Positions 51,129 to 60,645 of a DNA stretch of 64,000 nucleotides are shown one piece after another. Origin of the DNA: an uncultured Fibrobacterota bacterium. GTDB taxonomy: Bacteria; Fibrobacterota; Chitinivibrionia; Chitinivibrionales; FEN-1185. The stretch lies in contig CAVSQB010000009.1 of NCBI GenBank assembly GCA_963729895.1, positions 96,001 through 160,000 on the forward strand. The letters are read 5' to 3'. The notes under the pieces are model-generated. The model did no database searches. It was given only the letters and a program-made list of their open reading frames with translations, and had not been told where the DNA came from. Position numbers and translations under genes: made by a program. Position 1 is the stretch's first letter, and each line of letters opens with the position of its first letter.

Positions 51129-52027
51129 CGTAGTCTGTTCTCGTGACACTGACTGCACGAATTCCTTTCGTGGCACATTGCGCAATTGCTCACGTCCATC
51201 CGAACGTCATTGCCGTGCATAAACCGGTAGCCCGGCGGATGAATCCGGCACGATGTTTGTCCAAAGTGGCACCTGTCGCACTCCTGTTTGCTGTGACACT
51301 GCATGCATTCGGCTTTGTTGTAATCGGCTTCCATGCCATGGCCGTTTCTTCCAACCCACGCATACGTGTGCGACTTGGGCTTGATTTGCGCCAGATCGTT
51401 GTGGCATAGGGAACACTGGCCGGACGATTTGCGGTCATCGTGGCATGTGAGGCACGTCTTCATGGCCGGATAATTGTTTTGCGCCATCCAGTTCGCCCGC
51501 TGCGGCTCGGCATGGCAACGGCCGCAGTCTTTCACCCGTGCATAGTGCTTTTCATGAGAGAATTTTACCCGGTACAGATCGGACTGCATCGTTTTCTTTT
51601 CGGGCGTTTTGTGGCAGCTCGTGCAGCTCATGTCCATGTTGCGCTGCACATGGCATACCCCGCACCCTTTGTGCATTGTCTCCATGCCGCGTACGCCCTT
51701 GTGGCACTGGCTGCACTGTTTGATTCGGCCGTCGTTGCCTTGGCGGTGGTGGCACACAATGCACGAAATGCCGGCCTTTTCGAACACGCGATGCGACAAC
51801 ACAACAGGCCCCGGGCTCCAGCCCACCTTTACGGCGGAAAGCCCGGTGTCTTGTGCGGAAACGAATGAATCCACCGAGGTAAGTATCACCGTGTCGGTGG
51901 AAATCGAGTCATGGAGGAAAACGTCAGGCTGCGAGCAGCCCGGTCGGGCCGCAAACGCCATAATTGCGCCGGCGCATGACACCACCGACCAGACCCGCTT
52001 CACAATTCTGCGATTGTCGTTTGTCAT
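51125..52027 (-). CDS. Periplasmic multiheme cytochrome c (c3/c7-like repeats), 11 CxxCH motifs
   Basis: CIVCH, CSQCH, CGVCH, CTSCH, CGRCH, CLTCH, CSLCH, CMQCH, CDRCH, CAMCH, CSQCH; FSH.KH; signal-like N-terminus. Confidence 0.9.
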   Translation of the reverse strand: MTNDNRRIVKRVWSVVSCAGAIMAFAARPGCSQPDVFLHDSISTDTVILTSVDSFVSAQDTGLSAVKVGWSPGPVVLSHRVFEKAGISCIVCHHRQGNDGRIKQCSQCHKGVRGMETMHKGCGVCHVQRNMDMSCTSCHKTPEKKTMQSDLYRVKFSHEKHYARVKDCGRCHAEPQRANWMAQNNYPAMKTCLTCHDDRKSSGQCSLCHNDLAQIKPKSHTYAWVGRNGHGMEADYNKAECMQCHSKQECDRCHFGQTSCRIHPPGYRFMHGNDVRMDVSNCAMCHERNSCSQCHENRLR

Positions 52028-52028
52028 G

Positions 52029-53333
52029 TCACTTCACTTTGTCTTGGGCATCGCTCCGGCCCGATTGCCAGAACTCGTGGAAATTAAACCTGGACATAAA
52101 GAGCACGCGCACATCCTTCTTGTAATAATCGTTTACCAGATATTCCACCTGCGGTTCAAGAACCAGACTTACCACCGGCGTGAACCACGGCACTGTCCAC
52201 CTGCCATAGGCGTATGCGGTGTAGGCATTGCTCCAATCCGGTTGAAGAAGGGTCTTGTACCGGTCGAACTGGAACGCGGCCCCGACATCGCCTATCCGTG
52301 CGTAGGTTAATGTATACCCAGGCACGATTTCGTAGGTGGTTCCGTGAACGCCCGTGTTGGCGCACAGCCGCAACGAGGCGCCTTTCGCCAGAATGTTGCA
52401 ACTCGCCAGATGATCGATCCCTTCCCCGAACGACCGCAGCGAATAGTTGCCCTGCAGTGAGATGTCGCTGGCCGCGTACAGGCCCAGCAGCATGCCGCCT
52501 TCGTTGTATTTGTTAAGAAACAGGCGTTCGTAGTAGTTCACCGAATCTATCTGCTCCGACTGCCCGGCAACGTGCAGTCCGAACCGGAGAAAATCACATT
52601 TGACAAGACTTGCCTGCAGAAAATAGTCGTCCATGGAACGCGCCGCAAGGTCGTACCGAGCATGGCCTTTGATATCGACGCTATGCGCCACATCGGATCG
52701 AATGCTGACTGCCGCGTGATAGTGCCGCTGGTCCGCGTCTTCTTTGTCTGATGCGAGGCCGATACCGAGTTCGGTTCCCCGCATTATGCGCGCGATTCCG
52801 TACAACCCGGCTTCAACCCTCCTGGGGTCGATGCTTACGATACTGTCAGTATAGCGCGACGGCGCGGCCGTGCCGGCAAAGGCGGCGAGCGACAGTACCT
52901 TGCCCGCATCGTAATTCATGGCGAGACCGTCCAGATATCCGGCGTCCCTGGCGAAACTGTTGACAAACTGCCTGCCGAGGCTGATGCCGATGCCCGATGC
53001 CTCCGGGGCCCAGTCGAGGCTGGTGGAGCGGATTTCGTACTGCGTGGGCATTCCCGTTGTCTTGTCGTTTGTCACGCTCACGTCCGACGAAAACGAAAGC
53101 GGCACGTCTCCCGGATTCCGTACCGCGAGATTGAGATCTTCGTAGAAGTTGTCTCGAACGGAAGTGGTATCGAACTTATCGCTGCGGCCGTAGTACGTAT
53201 TACCCTCGTACAGATCAAGCGACAGCGCGAACGCTCCGGAAAAGAGCAGCAGGCACATTCCGCACGCCGCGTGATGGTTCGGCGCGGTGCCGCGCGCGTT
53301 CCCGCTCCCTGCGGCCAGGCGAGGCTTCAACAT
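52029..53333 (-). CDS. Putative outer-membrane beta-barrel (porin) protein
   Basis: Signal peptide (AFA), LGRQ...DG motif, amphipathic strands, C-terminal N.YY..DVR....RFNF; sits between the hydrogenase and cytochrome genes. Confidence 0.65.
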   Translation of the reverse strand: MLKPRLAAGSGNARGTAPNHHAACGMCLLLFSGAFALSLDLYEGNTYYGRSDKFDTTSVRDNFYEDLNLAVRNPGDVPLSFSSDVSVTNDKTTGMPTQYEIRSTSLDWAPEASGIGISLGRQFVNSFARDAGYLDGLAMNYDAGKVLSLAAFAGTAAPSRYTDSIVSIDPRRVEAGLYGIARIMRGTELGIGLASDKEDADQRHYHAAVSIRSDVAHSVDIKGHARYDLAARSMDDYFLQASLVKCDFLRFGLHVAGQSEQIDSVNYYERLFLNKYNEGGMLLGLYAASDISLQGNYSLRSFGEGIDHLASCNILAKGASLRLCANTGVHGTTYEIVPGYTLTYARIGDVGAAFQFDRYKTLLQPDWSNAYTAYAYGRWTVPWFTPVVSLVLEPQVEYLVNDYYKKDVRVLFMSRFNFHEFWQSGRSDAQDKVK

Positions 53334-54895
53334 ACCCTGAACCTCGCCAGTTCGCGGCCCGCCTTCACGCTGTGAATGGCACAGGCCAGGCAGGGATCAA
53401 AAGTCCGCACGATTCTTGCGGCTTCCATCGGGTTCTTCTCGTCAGAAACCGGCACGCCCGCGAGCGCCTGCTCCATGGGACCTGCGATACCGCTGTCGTC
53501 ACGCGGGGACGCGTTCCACGTGGTAGGCACGATGCACTGATACCGGTCTATTTTTCCTTTCTTTACCGAGATCCAATGACCCAGCGCGCCCCTGGGAGCT
53601 TCGCCCAGGCCGACCCCTTCCCCGGTTTCCGGTATTGCACATTCGGTCCGCGGTTTCTGGCCGACTTCAACCTGCTCAAGCCAGCCCGCAATCTTCTTGC
53701 ACAGAAGCTTGCTTTCTATGGCCCTGGCAGCGTGGCGCCCTATTGCAGACTGCAATTGCGCAAGCGTAAGGCCGGCGGCGGCCATTACCATGTCCACTTC
53801 CTTCTTTATGTCGGCATTGCCTGCACTGTATCCAACCATGATTCGCGCCAGCGGGCCCACTTCCATGGGTTTGCCGCCGTACCGAGGAGCCTTGATCCAT
53901 GTATACGCGCCCTGCTTGTCCGGCTGAGGCTCGGTCTGGCCCTGCGACGGGTGCAGGTTCGAGGGCGAAGAGTAGCGTGAATGCAGCACCTGTTCGGTGA
54001 TCTTCGACGGATCGAAGGCCTGCCGCTTCCCGGCCGAAACGATGCCCGGCGGGAAATAAAGGTCGCCCGGTTCCGGGCCGTCGGGGAATTCGCCATAAGC
54101 AAGAAAATCACCGAACTTCCCTATCTCCGCATAGCCCGGCAGCGTTTTTGCCAAGGCCACCACGTCGGGAGCATACGCCGTATGTACAAAGTTGCTGATC
54201 TCCGACAGAATCGCTCCCGCCCGTTCGACTGCCTCTTTGTCAGGGGTCTTTGCAATGCCGCCCGCAACAAGCCCGATGGCATGCGGCACCCGCCCGGCGA
54301 AAAGCGCTACCAGCCGGTGCGCCTTCATGCGGATATCGAGCCCCTGTACATAATGAGCAATTGCCGCGATATTGAATTCGGCGTCCTTGATGTAGAAGCC
54401 TTCCCCGGTGTAGCGCGGCAGGAAGGGAGCGCAGGCTGTCAGAGCATCGACGCCTGCTTTTTTTCCCGCGAGCTCGCTTTTCGCCCACGCCTTGAGGTAG
54501 TTGAGTTTTCCGTCGTTGCCGGAATACGTGAGGATCGCGGTGATGTCCACAAAGTCAAGCGCGGCAAGATGGTAGAAATGCAGGATGTGCGATTGCAAAT
54601 AGTTCGACGCGAGGGCCAGGTTGCGGAGCAGCCTGCCGTTCTTGTTCGGCGTTGCGCCGCATGCGTTTTCCACACACCGGGACGATTCTATGCCGTGGGA
54701 AATGGGACACACGCCGCATATCCGCTGCGCGATCTGCACCGCGTCAAACGGGTTTCTTCCGATGAGGATCTGTTCGAAGCCGCGGAACATGTCACCGCGC
54801 ACCCGCGCGGACTTGACTACGCCCGCGTCAAGGTCAAGCTCGATGGACAGGTGGCCTTCGATGCGGGAAATGGGATCTATGACGATTTTTGACAT
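53327..54895 (-). CDS. [NiFe]-hydrogenase large subunit (group 1, 1a-like)
   Basis: IDPISRIEGHL, FRGFE, L1 QRICGVCPISH, EAPRGALGHW, VPTTWN, L2 FDPCLACAIH plus a 14-aa cleavable tail. Confidence 0.96.
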   Translation of the reverse strand: MSKIVIDPISRIEGHLSIELDLDAGVVKSARVRGDMFRGFEQILIGRNPFDAVQIAQRICGVCPISHGIESSRCVENACGATPNKNGRLLRNLALASNYLQSHILHFYHLAALDFVDITAILTYSGNDGKLNYLKAWAKSELAGKKAGVDALTACAPFLPRYTGEGFYIKDAEFNIAAIAHYVQGLDIRMKAHRLVALFAGRVPHAIGLVAGGIAKTPDKEAVERAGAILSEISNFVHTAYAPDVVALAKTLPGYAEIGKFGDFLAYGEFPDGPEPGDLYFPPGIVSAGKRQAFDPSKITEQVLHSRYSSPSNLHPSQGQTEPQPDKQGAYTWIKAPRYGGKPMEVGPLARIMVGYSAGNADIKKEVDMVMAAAGLTLAQLQSAIGRHAARAIESKLLCKKIAGWLEQVEVGQKPRTECAIPETGEGVGLGEAPRGALGHWISVKKGKIDRYQCIVPTTWNASPRDDSGIAGPMEQALAGVPVSDEKNPMEAARIVRTFDPCLACAIHSVKAGRELARFRVC

Positions 54896-54943
54896 AGTAT
54901 TCAATAGTAACTTTTAACTGTCAACTGTTAACTTCAAACTCTT

Positions 54944-55858
54944 TTATGCTTTCTTCATCGGAAACAGCCCCCGTATCCCGGTGTCCGGAAACACGGGCTC
55001 CGTGCAGCCGATGCAGCCTCCGCCGCACCCGGTGCACGAATTCACGCCCAGCCATTTGCGCACAGGAATATCGCAGTTTGAATCGATGCCCAGGCACCCA
55101 ATTTTGTACAGGCACCCTTTGTCGCCCCAGAAGCGCGCGAACAGGTCGTTCCGGTACTCCTGCAGGTGCTCGCATTTGTCATGGACAGTGTTCATGTAAT
55201 ACAACAACGGCCGGCCATACGCGTCGAGTTTGAGCCTTTTGCCCATAATCAGATGCACGAGGCTACCGATGATCCAATCCGGGTGCGCCGGGCAGCCGGG
55301 AATATTGATCTGCTTTGCATTGGGCAATACACTCCACACCGACGCTGCTCCGGTCGGGTTTTCGCCGCCCGTACGGAGGCGCGCCCCCGGAATGCAGCCG
55401 TACGTGGCGCACGTGCCCACGGCAACGACCGCCTTTGCATTCCTGGCAAGCAACGTCACCCACTCCTGCACGCCGCGCGGTTTTCCTTCCACTTCCCCGA
55501 TGGTGCAGAACGCCTCCGACTTCTGCGGTATGGAGCCTTCCACCACCAGGATGTAGTCCTTCTTGCCTTCGTCAAGTGTTTTCAAAAGAACATTGATTGC
55601 GGTGTCGCCGGTTGCGGTAGAAAGGGTCTGGTGAAAATGCAGGCTGATATGATTGGTAAGCAACGTCGCGATGTCCGGATCGCCGGCATTGAGAAGCGAT
55701 ACGGAGTCGCCCGAACAGCTCTGGCCCTGGAGCCAGATCACGGCGGTGCGCGACGACGCTTTGCCCAGCGTGAGCTTTGTCCCGGCGAGGAGTACCTCGG
55801 GGAAAGTCAGAAACGCGGTTGCGCCGCCGACGATCCGGATGAATTCCCTTCTGTTCAC
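54944..55858 (-). CDS. [NiFe]-hydrogenase small subunit, Tat-exported
   Basis: NRREF twin-arginine signal; WLQGQSCSGD, VGTCATYG, IPGCP.HPDW, H..C, GCLYKIGC, CIGCTEP.FPD; no C-terminal TM anchor. Confidence 0.95.
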   Translation of the reverse strand: MNRREFIRIVGGATAFLTFPEVLLAGTKLTLGKASSRTAVIWLQGQSCSGDSVSLLNAGDPDIATLLTNHISLHFHQTLSTATGDTAINVLLKTLDEGKKDYILVVEGSIPQKSEAFCTIGEVEGKPRGVQEWVTLLARNAKAVVAVGTCATYGCIPGARLRTGGENPTGAASVWSVLPNAKQINIPGCPAHPDWIIGSLVHLIMGKRLKLDAYGRPLLYYMNTVHDKCEHLQEYRNDLFARFWGDKGCLYKIGCLGIDSNCDIPVRKWLGVNSCTGCGGGCIGCTEPVFPDTGIRGLFPMKKA

Positions 55859-56361
55859 TGCTGTTGCACGTCTCCGCCTGATGTCGTTGCAGACTTAGCC
55901 ATCTGATACTCGGCGACCGTTTGCCGTACCAGCCCTACGACTTTGGGGACAGCGGCCAGCACCGCTCTCGTCGGCACCATGCCCATTGTCACGACATCCT
56001 GAGGCACAACGCCGATGATCTCCACTTCGGGCCGCTCGCCCAGAAGGGACAGGGCCTCCAGCGCCTCGATAATACTTGCCTCATGCAAAGAAACCGCATG
56101 GGGGACCGATGAAGCCAGACGCCGCGCATCGAACCTGAAAATGCTGCCCGGTTCTTCGCTCGCTTCAAGCGCGTCCACAACGATCACCCGCTCTCGTCCC
56201 TGCATCATTGCAGGAAGATCAAGCCCGCACGATGCCGCGTCTATCGCCTCCACCCAGTCGGGCAAATTTTCCGAGTCGGTGAGCTGGTTAACCGCATGAA
56301 TCCCCACGCCGTCGTCCGTGCGGAGAAGGTTTCCTATTCCAAGGATGAGGAAAGGTTTCAT
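55855..56361 (-). CDS. Hydrogenase maturation protease (HyaD/HybD family)
   Basis: LGIGNLL.TDDGVG, IVVDA, PGSI, SLHE. Confidence 0.93.
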   Translation of the reverse strand: MKPFLILGIGNLLRTDDGVGIHAVNQLTDSENLPDWVEAIDAASCGLDLPAMMQGRERVIVVDALEASEEPGSIFRFDARRLASSVPHAVSLHEASIIEALEALSLLGERPEVEIIGVVPQDVVTMGMVPTRAVLAAVPKVVGLVRQTVAEYQMAKSATTSGGDVQQQ

Positions 56362-56596
56362 TGCAATTCACCCTATGATAAAATATTTCGCCGAGAAAGA
56401 GTTGCCAATTCTTTTTTCTTCCTCGCGGTAAGCGATATCTTGTTTTGCAATAGGGTATTAGAGAACTATTTCACATGGAGCGTCTTGTCCGGGATCATCA
56501 CGGATGTCGCCCCTCCGGCGCCATAGAAACCCGGCGCCACCGGCAGGCAGGTGTCCGGTGTTTTCCGCGGAGACTCTTTTGAAAGCCATCTCGTCC

Positions 56597-57694
56597 CTAC
56601 CTCTGCACGCGCGCGCTTCCGCCCTTCATGATCTTTTCCACTTCCTTGAGTGATGCGGTTGAGGTATCACCCGGCGTGGTCATGGCGTGCGCGCCATGGG
56701 CCGCACCGCAGTCCACGCAGTACTGCGGATCCTTGGCCGCGAGGAACCCGTAGATACAGCCCGAGGCAAAGCTGTCGCCGCCGCCCACACGGTCGCAAAT
56801 AGCAAGGTCGCAATAATTCCGTGACTCGTAGAATTTTCCGTCGCAGAAGAGTACGGCCGCCCAGTCGTTTATCGACGCGGTCTTTGCGTCACGCAGCGTG
56901 GTGGCCACGGCCTTGAAATTCGGATAGGCCTTGACCGCCTTTTCGATCATCCTCTTGAAGCTGGCTGTGTTGAGCCCGCTCAGATTTTCATCAACGCCCT
57001 CTACCTCAAACCCGAGTGCGGCGGTAAAGTCTTCCTCATTGCCGATCATGACATCCACGTAGTGTGCAATCTCCCGGTTGACTTCCTGCGACTTGGCCCT
57101 GCCGCCGATCGATTTCCACAGGGATTCTCGATAGTTAAGGTCGTAACTGATCACGGTGCCGCAGGCCTTTGCCGCTTTCATGGCCTCTATCACCACATCG
57201 GCCGTGGTGGCCGACAACGCCGCAAAAATGCCGCCGCAGTGGAACCAGCGGCTGCCCTCGTCCTTGAACAATTTGTTCCAGTCGACATCGCCCACTTTCA
57301 TCTGTGAAGCGGCCGAGTTGCCGCGGTCCGACACACCGAGCGCGGCTCGCACCCCGAACCCCCGCTCCGTAAAGTTAAGCCCCACGCGAACGTTGCGACC
57401 GATGCCGTCGAACGGCACCCAGGCAATGTGCGACGGATCAACGCCGCCCTGAAACACCAGATCAAGCGCAAGCTGCCCAACGTCGTTTTCGGGAAGGGCG
57501 GTCACGATCGATGTGTTGAGCCCGAAGCAGCGCTTGAGGCCGCGCGCGACATTGTACTCGCCGCCGCCTTCCCACACCTTGAATTCCCGCGCGCACCTGA
57601 TGCGGCATTCGCCCGGGTCGAGCCGGAGCATGATTTCGCCCAGAGAGACTTGGTCCCATTTGCATTGCGATTTTGGTTTGATGGTGAGGGGCAT
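56597..57694 (-). CDS. kdgK: 2-keto-3-deoxygluconate kinase (PfkB family)
   Basis: LGEIMLRLDP, GGGEYNVA, SYDLNYR..LW, GNEED, DRVGGGDSF; adjacent to eda. Confidence 0.88.
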   Translation of the reverse strand: MPLTIKPKSQCKWDQVSLGEIMLRLDPGECRIRCAREFKVWEGGGEYNVARGLKRCFGLNTSIVTALPENDVGQLALDLVFQGGVDPSHIAWVPFDGIGRNVRVGLNFTERGFGVRAALGVSDRGNSAASQMKVGDVDWNKLFKDEGSRWFHCGGIFAALSATTADVVIEAMKAAKACGTVISYDLNYRESLWKSIGGRAKSQEVNREIAHYVDVMIGNEEDFTAALGFEVEGVDENLSGLNTASFKRMIEKAVKAYPNFKAVATTLRDAKTASINDWAAVLFCDGKFYESRNYCDLAICDRVGGGDSFASGCIYGFLAAKDPQYCVDCGAAHGAHAMTTPGDTSTASLKEVEKIMKGGSARVQR

Positions 57695-57777
57695 GTAGGG
57701 GCTCCTGTTGATGAGTTGAGGCGTATATGCGTATATGGGTGTATGCGTTGATATGGTTGATTTACACTAGTAGTGTT

Positions 57778-57804
57778 GTCACTCCCGCGGAAAGCGGAAG
57801 TCCA
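57778..57804. repeat. Degenerate RPE/dRS3-like palindromic element
   Basis: gtcactcccgcggaaagcggaagtcca resembles the GTCATTCCCGCG..GCGGGAATCCA class. Confidence 0.5.
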
Positions 57805-57834
57805 TCATTCACCACTATCGTCCGTATAGAGGGT

Positions 57835-58482
57835 CTATTTCTTGACCTCAGCCGCTTTGGCAATCTCTACTGCCCGTTTCGTAATGTCTGCTATCCGGTC
57901 GAAAGCCTTCGCATTGATAAGGTCGGCCTTGGCTATCCACGTCCCGCCGCAGCACAGCGTCTTTGCAAACGCAAGGTATGCGGAAAGGTTTCTTTCGTCT
58001 ATGCCGCCCGTGGGCACGAACCGCACCTTGCCGTACGGAGCGCTTATGGCCGTCAGCGTCTTGAGGCCGCCCATGGCCTCGGCGGGGAAGAACTTGAGCA
58101 CGTCTACGCCCAGGTCAAGCCCCATTTCTATTTCCGTGGGCGTGGCAACGCCGGGCGTAACCGGAATGCCGTTCTTCACGCAATACTCCACCACTGCGGG
58201 GTTGAACCCCGGAGCCACGATGAAAACCGCGCCGCAGTCAATGGCTTTTTTAACCGTCTCCACGTTGAGCACCGTTCCCGCGCCAACGAGCATGTCGCCC
58301 CGTGACGCCATTTTTCTTATCGCGTCAGCGGCCGCCGCGGTGCGGAAAGTAATTTCGGCACAGGGCAGGCCGCCCTTTACAAACGCCTCGGCAAGCGACG
58401 GCGCATCGCCGGCGTCATCAATCTTGACGACCGGGATCACCTTCATCTGTTCGAATTTCCCGAAGAGTTCTGTCTTGTCCAT
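57835..58482 (-). CDS. eda: KDPG/KHG aldolase
   Basis: AEITFRT, VGAGTVL, PGVATPTE, KFFPAE, FVPTGGI. Confidence 0.95.
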   Translation of the reverse strand: MDKTELFGKFEQMKVIPVVKIDDAGDAPSLAEAFVKGGLPCAEITFRTAAAADAIRKMASRGDMLVGAGTVLNVETVKKAIDCGAVFIVAPGFNPAVVEYCVKNGIPVTPGVATPTEIEMGLDLGVDVLKFFPAEAMGGLKTLTAISAPYGKVRFVPTGGIDERNLSAYLAFAKTLCCGGTWIAKADLINAKAFDRIADITKRAVEIAKAAEVKK

Positions 58483-58570
58483 GAAAGCTCCTTGCCGCGA
58501 ATGATAGTTGCCCTCAATGCCGTTGTCCTCTGATCCTCTGCCTTTCAATCGTCAATCTACCTTATCCAAT

Positions 58571-60571
58571 CTACAATTCTTCATAGATTTCCCCGCTCAG
58601 ATATGCATGCCACGCCGTCTCGAACCAGGCGTCAGGCTTGGGCAAAGGACGGCGCGGCACCCACCGGTGGGTGAACGTCGCGTTTTCGATCGACGCCACG
58701 TCGGTTTCCATTACCTTGTCCAGGAAATTCGCATCCTGCTCCGCGAACCGCCACTCGTCACCCAAGTCCTTGTGTGCAAGCGTTCCGCTCCTGTCGAGCA
58801 CCAGGGCCGACCCCCTGCTGCCGACGCCGCTGTCTACCGCGAACTTCACTGCGTCAAGATATGCCACGTGCGCAAAACACAATTGCAGGTTGCGGAGCGA
58901 TTCAACCGTGTCCCTGGGAGTCTTGCAGGCGCTGCCTTCCCGGGAAAGCCGCAGGTACTGGTTTCTCGCTTCCGCAAGCGCTTCGTTCAACATCTGCGCG
59001 CTACGGATATGTGCGCCTGCCCGCGTCATGCGTTCCTGGAATTCTTCGCGAGCCTGTCTCCACGGAGTCCCGGACGATTTCCCCTTCTCTATCCAGCCGA
59101 GCAGCGACCGGAGATTTTTCTTAGCCTCGCCGGCAGCGGAAGATTCCGAAAGATCGCTCCTTGCATACTTGTTTGCAATGCATTCCGCGGCGCGAAAGCC
59201 CGCCACCTGGCCGGAATTCAGCGCCGAGCCTCCTGGTCTGTAAACGCCGTGGGAGCCGTTCACCTCGCCCACGGGGAACAGGTGCTTTACATTAAGCGAT
59301 TCCCACCACAGGTTCCCGGCAAGCCCTCCGTTGTTGTGCTGGGCGCACACGGCAATCTCAAGCGGTTCCTTGGTGATATCAATGCCATGTTCCTTGTACA
59401 AATCAACGGCAGGTCGGTTCATTTTCTGCAAACGTTGGATGGGCGAATCGAAGAGGGCACCGGATTTGTCAAGATAGTCGTGCGCCTCCTTCGAGAGTCC
59501 GCCGCAATCAAACCCGTCGGGGTTCTTCCTATAGTCAAGGAAAACGCGACGTCCTTTGATGACGGTCTCGATGTAGACGAGAAGGTCGATAAGCGACGAA
59601 CCGCCAGCCACCTTGCGCGGGTCGAACGGCCATTGGTACCCTTTGAGAAACACCATGCTGTTCATGCGGCCCGCGTCGTCAAAAAACGGGCAAAGAAATT
59701 CCTTTTCATGTCCGGCGCCGTCGGACGCGGTGCTGATGAACCGAGGTATTGCCTGCATATAGGTGCCGGACACATTCCACCGGAACTTGACAGACGCCAT
59801 TCCATATTGCGATTCGGGAAGGCCCTGCGCCCGTGCACCGGCCCGGAGGGCAAGACCTATTCCTCCGGTGTGCGCCTTGGGATATACGCTTGTCGTGTAC
59901 AACCCGCCCGGGCCGCCAGCGGCAAAAACCACGTTGTCCGCAACGTACAGTTCGGGAGCGAAAGCGGGGCGCGTTGCCTCCTGGTTCACGACGATGGCCC
60001 CCGCGGCGCGTTGTGCGCCGCCTTCTTCCGTTGTCAATAACGATACCGCAACACGCCTCTCGCGCGTGGCAATCCCCCTGCGCCGCACTTCATTGATGAG
60101 GGCGCGGCACATCTCGCGCGACGTGTATGGTCCGGAGGAGGTCGCACGCTGACGCGGGTCGTGGTCGGTTTTGTACCCCACGTACTGACCGTATTTGTCG
60201 GACGGAAACTTGACGCCCAGATTGACAAGACTGAGAAATGCACGGGCGGACAGCGAGGCCTCCACGAGCGCGAGATCGCCGTGCATGCCGCCGTTTGCAA
60301 AGAACGACTCCGCAAGCGCCATGGGGGAATCGTCCTGGCTGCCGTACATCCCGAGCTTGTAATAGGTCTGCTTGTCGCTGCCCGTGTTGATGGATGTGCC
60401 CATGGAAAGCCCCTCGGTCACGATGCACACGTCGGTGATTCCGTTCGCGTGAAGCTGTACCGCGGCATTGAGCCCCGCCGCACCTGAGCCAATCACGAGT
60501 GTGTGAACGCGGACGTAGGGAACGGAAAGCTTTTTACCGGCATGTCTGACAACAAGTTTCTTGATTTTCAT
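58571..60571 (-). CDS. FAD-binding oxidoreductase (SdhA/FrdA/NadB fold), function unknown
   Basis: GSGAAG, GTSINTGSDKQTYYK, YKTDHDP, AQHNNGGL, GEVNGSHG.YRPGGSALN, SRGS; start at MKIKKL. Confidence 0.8.
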   Translation of the reverse strand: MKIKKLVVRHAGKKLSVPYVRVHTLVIGSGAAGLNAAVQLHANGITDVCIVTEGLSMGTSINTGSDKQTYYKLGMYGSQDDSPMALAESFFANGGMHGDLALVEASLSARAFLSLVNLGVKFPSDKYGQYVGYKTDHDPRQRATSSGPYTSREMCRALINEVRRRGIATRERRVAVSLLTTEEGGAQRAAGAIVVNQEATRPAFAPELYVADNVVFAAGGPGGLYTTSVYPKAHTGGIGLALRAGARAQGLPESQYGMASVKFRWNVSGTYMQAIPRFISTASDGAGHEKEFLCPFFDDAGRMNSMVFLKGYQWPFDPRKVAGGSSLIDLLVYIETVIKGRRVFLDYRKNPDGFDCGGLSKEAHDYLDKSGALFDSPIQRLQKMNRPAVDLYKEHGIDITKEPLEIAVCAQHNNGGLAGNLWWESLNVKHLFPVGEVNGSHGVYRPGGSALNSGQVAGFRAAECIANKYARSDLSESSAAGEAKKNLRSLLGWIEKGKSSGTPWRQAREEFQERMTRAGAHIRSAQMLNEALAEARNQYLRLSREGSACKTPRDTVESLRNLQLCFAHVAYLDAVKFAVDSGVGSRGSALVLDRSGTLAHKDLGDEWRFAEQDANFLDKVMETDVASIENATFTHRWVPRRPLPKPDAWFETAWHAYLSGEIYEEL

Positions 60572-60645
60572 ATGACAATTTCCTACGACAGAATTGCCAA
60601 GTAGTTTTCCGGGAAACCTTGACTTGTTATTCCCTTTCGACCTCA

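Noticed and set aside
53371..53400. Possible selenocysteine ([NiFeSe]) in the L2 motif of a 1a-like hydrogenase
   Set aside because: The codon is TGC (Cys): DPCLAC
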